Shown: positions 47,982 through 58,373, numbered from the stretch's first letter. The stretch: DNA of 64,000 nt from an uncultured Pseudobdellovibrionaceae bacterium (GCA_964502735.1 CAZCYD010000003.1:33598-97597); one strand, 5' to 3'. Notes: a model not told the origin generated them from the letters alone. Numbers and translations: made by a program.

Positions 47982-49925
47982 ATGAATTTTTTTGAACAAC
48001 AGAGACTTTGCAAAAAAAACTCTCAGCTTTTAATCTTTCTTTTTTTTACCTCAGCATTTCTCATTGCTTTGCTGAGTTCCCTACTTGCCTACATCACGCT
48101 TGGTGGCTACAGCCCCGGTTTTCAAAACTCAATGACTTCAAGCCATGCAGTCTCAACTGAGCTGACTTCCATCCTATTAGATTCACTAAAAAAGCCTCCT
48201 TTTTGGTATACCACGGGAGCAATAACTTTAATCCTATCTATTATCTCAGTTTTTAAATCTCTTTCCCTAGGTCACAGCGGTGCACATATTGCCAAAACTT
48301 TAGGTGGAACACTTGCTAACACACTCAAAGATGATTTCTTAGTAAAGCGATACATAAACATTGTTGAAGAAATGTCCTTAGCCAGCGGAGTGCCCATCCC
48401 GACAATATATGTGCAAAACTCAGAGCCTTCCATAAATGCGTTTGCTGCAGGTAAAGATTTAAATCATGCTGCTATTTGTGTAACTCGAGGAGCTCTTCTG
48501 AAGTTAAACAGAGACGAACTGCAAGCTGTAGTTGGACACGAATTTAGTCATATTTTAAATGGAGATATGAATTTAAACATTAAATTAATTGGCTACATTT
48601 TTGGGCTCAGCTTTATTTATGAAAGTGGCATTCACCTGCTTAGGGGCTCTCAACATCGTAGCCGACATCAACGAAGCCAGAGTCATTCCACTGGAAATGT
48701 AGCCTTTTTAGGTGTCGGGCTTATTGCCTTAGGAGCCCTTGGAATGTTTTTTGCCTCCTTAATTAAATCTATTCTCTCCCGGCAAAGAGAATACCTTGCC
48801 GACGCTGCGGCTGTGCAGTTTACAAGAAATCCAGAGGCTGTAAGTTCTGTTTTAAAAAAACTTTGGGTACACGGGAGCCAGATTGAAAACCCAAAGGCTT
48901 CAGAAGCCAGTCATATGTTTTTTGCAGAGGCTCTAACTCACTCCCTTCACTTTCCAACTCACCCACCTCTTATAAAAAGAATCCAATCCATTGACCCCCA
49001 CTACAGTGTTAAAAAATTTAATCAAGAAAGAGCCGACATTGCTCGGTCATTAGAACTGGCGGAGTCTTCCAACTCTAGGTATAAAGATACGCCAGCCCCA
49101 AAGTCGACCCCAAATAAAGAAGATAACGAATTTGATTTTTTTACTCCTGCGGCCCTTGCTTTTGGCCTCAATGTGAATAACCTAGGTCATATTGATAAAA
49201 CTACCACAGATAAAGTCCACTCCGAACTTGAGACTCTGCCTAATAACTTAATAGATCTCGTTCACGAATTTCGTGGAGCTTTTACTTTCCTAATATCGTG
49301 CTGTGCCCCACCTTCCATCTCTAATGGAGTCATTGTCAAAATCTTAACCCGGTATAATCTCCAGGAGATCTACCTTGAAAATCTCAGTTTACAAGCTCAA
49401 CTCTGCAAATTGCACCGAGAACAGTTGTTCTCAATGATTAAAATGAGTGTCTCTACGCTCAAATCTGGTAAAAGCTATCAACTTGCGAAAATCCCAAAAG
49501 CCTTGTTTGCCATTGCCAACTTGGACAAGATGATCTCTCGCAGGGAGATGATTATACTTCTTTATGTAACTACACTACTCAAACGCCAGCAAGGCCATCA
49601 AAGACAAAAGGTTCAAGGCTATCTCAGGAGTGTTAGCTATATTCTATCTTACTTTTGTCGCATTAGCTCCAATCCACCTGAGCCTCTACTTGCTGAAATT
49701 TCCAATAAACTCTTTGTTGGCCAATTGATTTATGAAAAAGACCTCGATTTCAACAAACTCAGCCAGAGCCTCATTGAACTATCTACAGCTCCATCTTCCC
49801 ACAAACAAAAAATTGTAGAATCAGGGCTCATACTTATTCAACAGGATGGAACGGTATCCAATGAAGAGTATGCGTTCTTCCGGCTCATTGCTGAATCTCT
49901 AGAAATCCCATTGCCAAAGGTTTAA
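47982..49925 (+). CDS. M48 (HtpX-like) membrane metalloprotease with a TerB-like C-terminus
   Basis: NIVEEMSLASG.P.P, INAFAAG, LQAVVGHEFSH..NGD, SRQREYLADA, THPPL..RI; C-terminal DGTVSNEEY..FRLIA. Confidence 0.9.
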   Translation: MNFFEQQRLCKKNSQLLIFLFFTSAFLIALLSSLLAYITLGGYSPGFQNSMTSSHAVSTELTSILLDSLKKPPFWYTTGAITLILSIISVFKSLSLGHSGAHIAKTLGGTLANTLKDDFLVKRYINIVEEMSLASGVPIPTIYVQNSEPSINAFAAGKDLNHAAICVTRGALLKLNRDELQAVVGHEFSHILNGDMNLNIKLIGYIFGLSFIYESGIHLLRGSQHRSRHQRSQSHSTGNVAFLGVGLIALGALGMFFASLIKSILSRQREYLADAAAVQFTRNPEAVSSVLKKLWVHGSQIENPKASEASHMFFAEALTHSLHFPTHPPLIKRIQSIDPHYSVKKFNQERADIARSLELAESSNSRYKDTPAPKSTPNKEDNEFDFFTPAALAFGLNVNNLGHIDKTTTDKVHSELETLPNNLIDLVHEFRGAFTFLISCCAPPSISNGVIVKILTRYNLQEIYLENLSLQAQLCKLHREQLFSMIKMSVSTLKSGKSYQLAKIPKALFAIANLDKMISRREMIILLYVTTLLKRQQGHQRQKVQGYLRSVSYILSYFCRISSNPPEPLLAEISNKLFVGQLIYEKDLDFNKLSQSLIELSTAPSSHKQKIVESGLILIQQDGTVSNEEYAFFRLIAESLEIPLPKV

Positions 49926-50120
49926 AGGCTTTACCAAATCTTAATATCGTCACAAACAGAGTCTATTTAAATAGCTACGCCAAAACTTGTTACTTTCTTG
50001 TGTACACTTGTCAGAAACCTAACAGGTGAGGTTTACTCTTTTGTCTGGTATATTAATAACTCATACGTGGAGCGACGTCCTAAAGGAAAATATATTTTTT
50101 AAATATGGAGATGACAGTGT

Positions 50121-51815
50121 ATGAGAAACAATAAACTACGACATTATTTATTTTTGATTTTATGCATCTTATTTTTATCGGCTCTCTCTCATGCTGAACT
50201 AAAAAAAGGAATAGTGGGTTATAAATTCAAAAACTTATTTGCTCCAATAACTCATTCTGTTCCTCTACGCATTGTTTACCTAAGTCAAAGTCGTTGGACT
50301 ACCTACGATATTTCTAAGGATTTGCAAGAAGCCGCCTATATTTTCTCACAATGCGGTGTAAGTTTTGATATCGTTGATATACATTCGGTAAAGGACCATT
50401 CTGGTGAAGTTATTTTTGATTTAGAAGGATATTCTGAAGTTAATGAGGCCTGGGAGAGAGGAGGCTCTCTTGAATTAGCAAAAAAAATCTCTGACGGTAG
50501 CGAGGTTTTGACAGTATTTTTTATTGAAGGCTTTGATCCACAATTCGGCTCTATTACAGCAACATCAGTTCCCATCGAGCGCGTAAAACGTAATGAACAA
50601 AAAGTTGCGCTGAACACAGTTTGGATGACACAACAGGTACTGATCGACAAACTTGGAGCCCAAGAAGACGGACTTAGATCATCTGGATATAATGTCCTAG
50701 CTCATGAACTCGGACATATTCTACTCGACTCGAGTCATATTACTGAAAACTATATTCATAACCTTATGCATTCTATGCCACAAAACTTAAATGGCCGCTT
50801 AACATTAAACCAATGTTCACAAATTAAAAGTTCTCGATTGGCTAAAAACCTTAAACAGCCATTAAACAAAAATGCTGGTTGTTCCAATATTCACAATTCA
50901 ATTCGAGGAGGCGTACAGTTTTTTGAGAATATGATTGGTGTTTCGTCTAATAAGTATTGTCGAGACCTTTCTGATCTAACTGAACTTCTCTCTTCAGCAC
51001 AGGACAAAACTAGTGATTTGCAGCCAGCAAAACATTTAGATTTTTATTTGCAAACTAATGCTGGCAGCGAAGTTGCCTATCTCGATCGCCATGCCTTCGA
51101 TGGAACGTTAAAACTATCTTATGATATTAATGGTAAAGCCTTACTATCAAAAAAACAGTCCCAAGCCATGTGGTTACATGAGCTTGGGCATGCGATTTTA
51201 AATGCTCAACTCAAAACAGACTGGGACTGGTTCGAATCATGGGAAGCCTTAATGTTGGATTGGGGGCGCACTATTTTTAAGATAACTCTATTAGACAACT
51301 CGTCCAATTCCAAAAAAGAATTAAGCGAGGTCGGGTCCATGGAAGAGCTTCAGAATCAAACGGATGCTATCGTTCAAAAAATTTCATCTTTTCCCAATAG
51401 AAAAAATTATGAGATCTTTATCGACGCATATCATGAATTCTTTGCCGATGCATTTGTCATCATCCACAGCCGTGATCCCAAAATTATGATGCAGGCCCTA
51501 GTAAATCCGGCTGACCCCGAAGGAAAAAAATCAAGTTATGAAGAACTTCAAGAACGTGAGAACCGGGACTACAGTTATTTGAGAGACATTACTAGCTGGT
51601 CCGTCGAAACTTCCCATGGTTATTTCACTCCCGCACTTGCACACCTTTGGTTAAAAATAACTCAAATGCCGAGTTTTCGCACTTCTCAGGAGGTGACCAG
51701 AACCGTTTATAATGCGGTACTTCTAGAAATAACGGAAAGAGCTAAAAATCCAGAACTGTGGGATATAACACCATCTGAAGCCAATAAACGACTGATAAAA
51801 AGACTTAACTTTTAA
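50121..51815 (+). CDS. Secreted protein with two zincin HExxH motifs
   Basis: Signal peptide; HELGHILLDSSH...NLM and HELGHAIL...HEFFAD. Confidence 0.7.
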   Translation: MRNNKLRHYLFLILCILFLSALSHAELKKGIVGYKFKNLFAPITHSVPLRIVYLSQSRWTTYDISKDLQEAAYIFSQCGVSFDIVDIHSVKDHSGEVIFDLEGYSEVNEAWERGGSLELAKKISDGSEVLTVFFIEGFDPQFGSITATSVPIERVKRNEQKVALNTVWMTQQVLIDKLGAQEDGLRSSGYNVLAHELGHILLDSSHITENYIHNLMHSMPQNLNGRLTLNQCSQIKSSRLAKNLKQPLNKNAGCSNIHNSIRGGVQFFENMIGVSSNKYCRDLSDLTELLSSAQDKTSDLQPAKHLDFYLQTNAGSEVAYLDRHAFDGTLKLSYDINGKALLSKKQSQAMWLHELGHAILNAQLKTDWDWFESWEALMLDWGRTIFKITLLDNSSNSKKELSEVGSMEELQNQTDAIVQKISSFPNRKNYEIFIDAYHEFFADAFVIIHSRDPKIMMQALVNPADPEGKKSSYEELQERENRDYSYLRDITSWSVETSHGYFTPALAHLWLKITQMPSFRTSQEVTRTVYNAVLLEITERAKNPELWDITPSEANKRLIKRLNF

Positions 51816-51867
51816 TATTGAGTGAAGTTGGCGTCCTAATTTTATTTCCAACTTTTTTGCCAAAACA

Positions 51868-53052
51868 CTAAACCAACTCTTTTAAGAGTTGGTCTAAGAG
51901 TTCGCCTTGGTAACAGGGCACACATCCAACTTTACCGACGACAATTCCTGCTGCTGAATTTGCCAAGATGCAAGCCTCGTCAAGGGTAAATCCGCTGGCG
52001 CACGCCAAAGCTAAAGTAGCAATAACTGTATCGCCGGCACCTGTAACGTCAAAAATTTGCTTGGCCTCCGTAGGAAGAGACAAGGTTTTCGTCTCTTCAA
52101 AGTGGAGCATTCCTTCCTTTCCAAGGGTAATTATCAAGTGCTCACAAGAAACCAATTCCACTAGTTTATTCGCAACCCGCGTCAAAGCTTCATCATCTTC
52201 TCTTAATTCATCAATATTCAAACCCGATAACAAAAAAGCCTCGTCGCGGTTAGGCTTAAACACATCAGCGCCACGATAATAACGTATGGGCGTTGTCCGA
52301 TGGGGATCGACAAAAACTTTTTTATTTTCCTTATGAGCCATGGAAATCAAACTCTGAGTCGTTTTTTCACAAAAAACACCCTTCGCATAATCCTCTATGA
52401 CAACAACATCTACAGAAGGCAAAATCTGCTTGGCTCGGTCCAATAGCTCTGAGCGGGTCTGTGAACTTAAGAACTTTCGCGTTTCAAAGTCGACCCTGGC
52501 TATATGGTGATTTCCAGAAATCAATCTCGTTTTTTTTGTTGTAGGTCTATCCCTGTCGCAAATAAGAAAGTCTTGAGACACTCCTGCCTCTTTTAAAAGC
52601 TGACCAAGAGTGTGAGAAGTTTCATCCCCTCCCACGACGCCCAAAAGATGACACTCTCCCCCTAAGCTTTTTACGTTTTGCGCCACATTTGCAGCAAGTC
52701 CAAGGCGAGCCTCTTGACTTTTAACTTCTAAAACGGGAACGGGAGCCTCCGGACTAATCCGCTTCACCTCACCAAATAGATATTCATCAAGACAAATATC
52801 ACCCACAACAAGAACTTTACCATTGGATAAGAGTTCTACGCGTCTAGCTAAATTCTCTTTCTTTTTAGTCATTTCTTCTTCTGAAAGCCCTTTTGATGGT
52901 CGCAAAATTCCATCACTCCAACGAGACGTATTCTCGAATAAAGTATCCGAATCTATAAGATGCGACTCACCAGTATCCGGCTTGCTGGTCTCCGGAATTG
53001 TAGCTTTCATCGGAATTGCCTCATTTTTGGGAGTCGCCTCTTTTCTGCTCAT
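51868..53052 (-). CDS. rfaE1: D-glycero-beta-D-manno-heptose-7-phosphate kinase (RfaE domain I only)
   Basis: GDICLDEY..G...RISPEAPVPV, GLAANVA, DYAKG, KPNRDE, FDVTGAGDTV, AGIVVGKVG. Confidence 0.92.
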   Translation of the reverse strand: MSRKEATPKNEAIPMKATIPETSKPDTGESHLIDSDTLFENTSRWSDGILRPSKGLSEEEMTKKKENLARRVELLSNGKVLVVGDICLDEYLFGEVKRISPEAPVPVLEVKSQEARLGLAANVAQNVKSLGGECHLLGVVGGDETSHTLGQLLKEAGVSQDFLICDRDRPTTKKTRLISGNHHIARVDFETRKFLSSQTRSELLDRAKQILPSVDVVVIEDYAKGVFCEKTTQSLISMAHKENKKVFVDPHRTTPIRYYRGADVFKPNRDEAFLLSGLNIDELREDDEALTRVANKLVELVSCEHLIITLGKEGMLHFEETKTLSLPTEAKQIFDVTGAGDTVIATLALACASGFTLDEACILANSAAGIVVGKVGCVPCYQGELLDQLLKELV

Positions 53053-53183
53053 ACTACGATAGTACTACCCCTGGATGAGAAATATGTTAATCAATTAAAA
53101 CTTTTATTACTGCTACGCATCTTTAGCTTGATTTGCTTCCAACCTGAGTTTATTTTTTGTGAATTCAACACTCGGAGAAATTC

Positions 53184-54440
53184 ATGGAAAAACTAGCGGA
53201 ATGTCCTCTCTATCGTAATACTCTCAGAACTCTCGAATCTGCCGGCGATATTATCAATATGAATATCAATGCTCTAGAAAAGCTCAAAACCCCTAGAAGA
53301 GCTATTATGGTTTCTATCCCTGTAAAAATGGATGATGGAAGAGTTCAAGTTTTTTCTGGCTACAGAGTTCAGCACAACCAAGCTCTTGGCCCATTCAAGG
53401 GAGGGATTCGATACCATCAAACAGTAAATTTAAGTGAGGTAGCCGCTCTATCTATGCTCATGACTTTTAAAAACTCCCTCTTAGGCCTTCCTCTTGGTGG
53501 AGCTAAAGGCGGAGTGCGCGTGGATCCAACAAAGCTATCAGTTCACGAAATTGAGAGCTTAACTCGCAGATTTACTTCTGAACTCACACCCTTTATTGGG
53601 CCAGACAAAGATATTCCGGCTCCGGATGTAGGAACAGACTCTCAAACTATGGCATGGATGTTGGATACATATTCCATGGAATCTGGTTATTCCCAAACGG
53701 GCGTAGTCACAGGAAAACCTATTGAAATTGGTGGATCACAAGGAAGAGATTGCGCTACGGGCCTTGGAGTTGTGTACATTATGCAAAAAGCCCTAGAAAC
53801 AAAAAACCAGAAACTTCAAGAAGCGACAATTGCTATTCAGGGCTTTGGAAAAGTTGGAATGTTCGCCGCTATCGAGGCTTTCGCACTAGGTGGAAAAGTC
53901 GTTGCCGTCAGTGACGTGTCTTCAGCTCTTTACAACCCTGAAGGATTAAACATTACTGAATTAGTCAAATACGTAAAAGAAAACAAATACATTAAAGGCT
54001 ATCCCAACGCTCAAGAAATTGATGGAGAGGCCTTATTAGAATTAGAAGTCGATATTCTTGCTCCCTGTGCTCTAGATGGAACTATCAACAGCACAAATGT
54101 TGATAGAATTAAGGCCCGAATTATAGTTGAAGGGGCCAATGGACCTGTAACTGTAAATGCCGGAGAGGAATTAGCCAAAAAGGGAATTCTTATCATCCCC
54201 GATATCCTGGCCAACGGAGGGGGAGTCGTAGTGAGTTATTTTGAATGGGTTCAAGATATTGTTTGGCTCTTTTGGCAAGAAGAAGAAGTCAGAAAAAAGC
54301 TCAAAACTGTTATGGATAGATCTTTTGATACAGTTTGGAATTTTTCTCGTGAGTACAATTGCGATATGAGAACTTCGGCTATGGGAGTTTCTTTACAAAG
54401 ACTAGAAAAGGCCATGAAACTGAGAGGCCAAGCCTGGTAA
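53184..54440 (+). CDS. gdhA: Glu/Leu/Phe/Val dehydrogenase (glutamate dehydrogenase)
   Basis: GPFKGGIRYH, GGAKGG, DIPAPDVGT, TGKP..IGGS, QGFGKVG, EGANGP, ANGGGV.VSYFEW. Confidence 0.93.
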   Translation: MEKLAECPLYRNTLRTLESAGDIINMNINALEKLKTPRRAIMVSIPVKMDDGRVQVFSGYRVQHNQALGPFKGGIRYHQTVNLSEVAALSMLMTFKNSLLGLPLGGAKGGVRVDPTKLSVHEIESLTRRFTSELTPFIGPDKDIPAPDVGTDSQTMAWMLDTYSMESGYSQTGVVTGKPIEIGGSQGRDCATGLGVVYIMQKALETKNQKLQEATIAIQGFGKVGMFAAIEAFALGGKVVAVSDVSSALYNPEGLNITELVKYVKENKYIKGYPNAQEIDGEALLELEVDILAPCALDGTINSTNVDRIKARIIVEGANGPVTVNAGEELAKKGILIIPDILANGGGVVVSYFEWVQDIVWLFWQEEEVRKKLKTVMDRSFDTVWNFSREYNCDMRTSAMGVSLQRLEKAMKLRGQAW

Positions 54441-54453
54441 GCATGGCCTAGAT

Positions 54454-55488
54454 ATGCCCACTCCCCCCACGCATCCACAGTTTTACACACAGTTACGCTC
54501 TCGACCGTGGCTTTGGCTCCCTCCGCAACTCGCCCATGATTTGAGTCCATTTTTTTTAAATTTGATTAAATCCATTCCTCATAACCAAGATTACAAGTGG
54601 AACTCATTTAAATGGAGAGGTCTTTACTTTAAAAACCCGCTAGGCGTGGCAGGAGGAGTTGACAAGAATGTTCAGCTTGTTGAAGCTTGGTCTCGGTTGG
54701 GAGCTGGCTTTCTAGAAGTGGGAACCATAACACCTCTCCCACAAGGACCAAATCCAGGGAAAATAATAGACCGACACATCCCTTCTCAGTCTCTGTGGAA
54801 CAAAATGGGGTTTCCAAATAGAGGCCTCAAATCAGCAGTAAAAGAATTAGAAAAACTAAAGCCACATCACTATGGTCCACTTTTTGCCAACATTGGAAAA
54901 AACCGCAATACTCCAGAGTCTGACTCCGCCTTAGACTATATTAGATGCATTCAACAATTGGAAAATTATGTTGACGGCTTTGTAATTAACATCAGCAGCC
55001 CAAACACTAAAAACCTCAGAAATCTTTTTAATCCTGAAATCTTAAAACCCTTCCTATCTCAAGTCTTAAAAAGTCGAAACAAAAATAAACCGGCTCTACT
55101 AAAACTAAGCCCGGATGTCACAGATTCTGAACTTCAAGATATTTTATCCGTTTCACTCGATTGCCAAGTTGATGGTTGGGTGTTTTCAAATACAACCTTA
55201 TCTCGTGAGAATTCATCTCCGGCCTTTCCGACTGAAGGGGGCGTTTCAGGTAAACCCTTGGCCCCACTAGCCCAAAAGATGCTTGTGAAAGCACTTGCCC
55301 ATATTGGAGACAAAAAAAATGATAAACTGATCATTTCCACTGGGGGAATTTTTAGTGCTCAGGATGTTACCGAACGCCTTCGCTTAGGAGCCCACCTGGT
55401 TCAAGTCTACTCAGCTCTTGTCTTCAATGGACCTTATTTTTTCCGCAATATTTTAAAAGACTTGCAGAATCACAATCTCAAGCCGTAG
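54454..55488 (+). CDS. pyrD: Quinone-dependent dihydroorotate dehydrogenase
   Basis: NPLGVAGGVDK, GTITP.PQ.PNP, NIGKN, NISSPNT, KLSPD, GGVSGKP, GGIFS. Confidence 0.95.
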   Translation: MPTPPTHPQFYTQLRSRPWLWLPPQLAHDLSPFFLNLIKSIPHNQDYKWNSFKWRGLYFKNPLGVAGGVDKNVQLVEAWSRLGAGFLEVGTITPLPQGPNPGKIIDRHIPSQSLWNKMGFPNRGLKSAVKELEKLKPHHYGPLFANIGKNRNTPESDSALDYIRCIQQLENYVDGFVINISSPNTKNLRNLFNPEILKPFLSQVLKSRNKNKPALLKLSPDVTDSELQDILSVSLDCQVDGWVFSNTTLSRENSSPAFPTEGGVSGKPLAPLAQKMLVKALAHIGDKKNDKLIISTGGIFSAQDVTERLRLGAHLVQVYSALVFNGPYFFRNILKDLQNHNLKP

Positions 55489-55524
55489 TGACATTAGTCT
55501 CAAATAATATTAACTTGATTCTGT

Positions 55525-55941
55525 ATGGAGAAAAAAAAGAAGCTCGTGTGGGTTCCCGTCGTTGCAGGTCTTTTACTAAAAGACTCTAAAGTCTTGGTGG
55601 GACGTCGACCAGACAATAAAAATCTTGGTGGAAAATGGGAGTTTCCTGGTGGAAAAATTGAGCCCACCGAATCTCCAGAGGAGGCCTTGTATAGAGAACT
55701 TCGCGAGGAGCTAGATATTGAAGTTTCCTCCTCTCAGCTGATCTACACCAATACGCATAATTACGGTGAAACCAGCTTTATTCTTATTTTTTATAAGATA
55801 TTATTTTGGAAAGGGCTTCCTAAAACGAATTACCACTCGGAACTCAAGTGGGTTAATGTTGAAGAGCTAAAAAGCCTTTCTCTACCCGAAGCCAATGAAA
55901 AACTCCTTCCTCAAATTATTTTATCCTTAAAAAGTGAGTAA
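55525..55941 (+). CDS. mutT: MutT/NUDIX hydrolase
   Basis: WEFPGGKIEPTESPEEALYRELREE Nudix box. Confidence 0.9.
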   Translation: MEKKKKLVWVPVVAGLLLKDSKVLVGRRPDNKNLGGKWEFPGGKIEPTESPEEALYRELREELDIEVSSSQLIYTNTHNYGETSFILIFYKILFWKGLPKTNYHSELKWVNVEELKSLSLPEANEKLLPQIILSLKSE

Positions 55942-56998
55942 AATTGCCATCGCCCTTGAGGGCTTACATTTTTCTGAACACTCTCTAGCTCTATCGGCCT
56001 ACACCTTGATTGAAAATCTCACAAAGACTCAACACGAAATTTGCTTGATCACATCTCGCCAGGACAGTTCTCATAGTGCTTATAACTTTTCAAATGTGGA
56101 AATTCTACAGCCGATAAAAAAATGGAACGGGTTCTCTAGCCTGAGAATTCTCCCACCTTTGTATAATCTGAGCCCAGACGCCTTACTTATTATGGCCCCC
56201 TTTAGCTCGTCAAATTCCTCAGAATTCAATCATTTGCTAAATTTTTCCAGAGTGGCCAAAATTTTTCTTAACACTAAAACCTTCTTTATGGGCTACGACC
56301 CCAGCTTTCATCAATGGCCAAAGTCTCTGCTTAAAACTATTGACGCTGAGTTTGACATAAACTTTGACTCCTTTTATGGCCATTTTACTAAATCTGTAAC
56401 ATTGCCATTCATTACTCCCCATCTCTCTATCAGACTTTCTGACAGCTCTTCGCAAAAGCTTCTTTTAATCAATGGAAGCTTTTGCCAATTAAAAACCCAC
56501 CCCAATATTCTCAACGCTATTGAAGACTTTCTATTTGAAAACTCGCACTGGAAGGTTCTTGTACTAAAAGGCTGGGGAAAGACCCACAAATTCCATCAAC
56601 TTTCACAGCAAGTTACCTGGCAAGAAGCCCATCAAGCTCAGCAGTGGATTATAAGCGATGAATGCATGAGAAGCTCGTTAAATCACCTGAACTGTTCGGC
56701 CATATTAGATATACTGCCCTACATTTCAGATAGCTACATGTGGTTAAACTCTGCTTGCGCACAAGGAGTTCCGATTGTTTCTCTCTCTCATCAATACAAG
56801 CCCCACCTCAGTTCATTGATCGTTAAAAACCAAAATGTTTATATAATTAAGGACGATGGGGCCTCTCTTTATGAAAAGTTACTCATTCTAAATGACACAA
56901 GCTCACACTCTCACCCTGCTTCGAATCTACAAAATGCCGATATTGATTGTTGCATCAATATATTCAACCGCACTCTCTCGGCTGAGATAGCTAAATAA
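55934..56998 (+). CDS. Hypothetical protein, possibly a degenerate GT-B glycosyltransferase
   Basis: Long ORF in the operon; weak Rossmann-type text (HEICLIT, ACAQGVPIV); precedes a GT4 gene. Confidence 0.5.
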   Translation: MSKIAIALEGLHFSEHSLALSAYTLIENLTKTQHEICLITSRQDSSHSAYNFSNVEILQPIKKWNGFSSLRILPPLYNLSPDALLIMAPFSSSNSSEFNHLLNFSRVAKIFLNTKTFFMGYDPSFHQWPKSLLKTIDAEFDINFDSFYGHFTKSVTLPFITPHLSIRLSDSSSQKLLLINGSFCQLKTHPNILNAIEDFLFENSHWKVLVLKGWGKTHKFHQLSQQVTWQEAHQAQQWIISDECMRSSLNHLNCSAILDILPYISDSYMWLNSACAQGVPIVSLSHQYKPHLSSLIVKNQNVYIIKDDGASLYEKLLILNDTSSHSHPASNLQNADIDCCINIFNRTLSAEIAK

Positions 56999-57015
56999 AG
57001 ATGACTAAGTAACTA

Positions 57016-57044
57016 TTTACCTCTCAAACAATATTGTATAGATT
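57016..57044 (+). promoter_or_regulatory. sigma70-type promoter, possibly leaderless
   Basis: TTTACC-N17-TAGATT-6 nt-GTG(57051). Confidence 0.4.
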
Positions 57045-57050
57045 AGAAAC

Positions 57051-58373
57051 GTGAAATCCATGGATCTGCCTTCAAACTTAAACATTTGTCTAATTGCAAA
57101 AAAGTTTCCTATACTAGGGCGAGCGGCTGATCATGGCTTTCTATGGCCCATCGCTAAAGGCTTGGCCCTCCAAGGCCATAAGGTTAGTGTAATCTCATGG
57201 AAGAACCCTCAAGGAAAGCGTGAGATCTCTCAAGATAACGTAAGTGCTTATTTTTTAGGCGAGAGCTTTGCCCGCAGTGAAAAGGACTTTCCCTTCCTTG
57301 CAAAGCAAAAATTTAAGCAACTGCATAGTCAAGAAGCCTTCCACATCGTCCACAGCATAGATGCCAATGGAATTGAAATCGCTAAACAAAAAAAAGATTT
57401 CCAAGTTGTTATCACTTATGACATTGAAGCCACTGAGATCAGCCAGCTCTACTCAATTTTTGCCATGTCTCAAGATACGCCTGGAAGCCTTATAAAAGCG
57501 GGAATAGCCGTCTTTTATAAATTTCTAAGAACCTATCTTGAAAAAGATAGAAAATTGCTTAACACTGCAGACGGGATTTTTGTAACTAGCCCTCAACAAA
57601 AGCTTATTTTGGAAAGGTATTATCTTTACCCCGACTTAAAAACCTTTGTCGTTCCCTATGGGGTTGAAGTTGGTGAACTCACCCCCAAGACTCTAGACTC
57701 AAAACTTAGGGAAGACCTTCAAATCCCCCCCCATGCACAAACTATCGTGACAAATAGTGATATGAGAGAGTTGAGTGAACTTAAAAATTTACTAAAAGCC
57801 TTTGAGAAGATCGCCATTAAACTCCCCCAAGCTCGCTTAATCATTGTCGGAAGTGGCCCAGCTTTTAAACAGGTTGAATATGAAATGCTAATGTTAGCCC
57901 TGGGTAGTCGCGTTATCATGACTGGGCTCATCCCTAACGTTGATATTCCCAACTACATCAGCCTTTGTGATGTCTATGTGGATTTGAGCTCCAGGACTTC
58001 CGGTTTCGATCCTACACTGATAGAGGCCATGGTTCAAAAAAAAGTTGTTATAGGTTCAGAACTTAGTCCTATTGCCACTATTTTAGATGACGGCATTAAC
58101 GGCTTTTTAATTCGCCCCGCTGACATCGCCAGTCTTGAAAAGCGCCTTCTACAAGTCTTTAACAACGAAGTTCCTCTAGATGAAATTGGGGAAAGGGCTA
58201 GCCAAAAAGTTATAAATATTTTTAATACACAAAAAATGGTCCAGCAAACCCTTGAAGCCTATCGAGTAACTCTAGCCAGATCAGACATCTATGGTGTCAC
58301 TTGGCTGAAACTCTTGACTAAGGGCTTTAGTCAAATCTCAGCCATTCTGAAAGTTAATAAAAAGCTAGACTGA
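57051..58373 (+). CDS. GT4-family glycosyltransferase
   Basis: LALQGHKVSV, VPYGV, LIIVGSGP, FDPTLIEAM...VIGS. Confidence 0.85.
   Translation: MKSMDLPSNLNICLIAKKFPILGRAADHGFLWPIAKGLALQGHKVSVISWKNPQGKREISQDNVSAYFLGESFARSEKDFPFLAKQKFKQLHSQEAFHIVHSIDANGIEIAKQKKDFQVVITYDIEATEISQLYSIFAMSQDTPGSLIKAGIAVFYKFLRTYLEKDRKLLNTADGIFVTSPQQKLILERYYLYPDLKTFVVPYGVEVGELTPKTLDSKLREDLQIPPHAQTIVTNSDMRELSELKNLLKAFEKIAIKLPQARLIIVGSGPAFKQVEYEMLMLALGSRVIMTGLIPNVDIPNYISLCDVYVDLSSRTSGFDPTLIEAMVQKKVVIGSELSPIATILDDGINGFLIRPADIASLEKRLLQVFNNEVPLDEIGERASQKVINIFNTQKMVQQTLEAYRVTLARSDIYGVTWLKLLTKGFSQISAILKVNKKLD

Noticed and set aside
51229-51238. tRNA T-loop-like GGTTCGAATC (a similar string lies near 32750 on the minus strand)
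   Set aside because: Both lie inside coding regions with no acceptor, D or anticodon arms.
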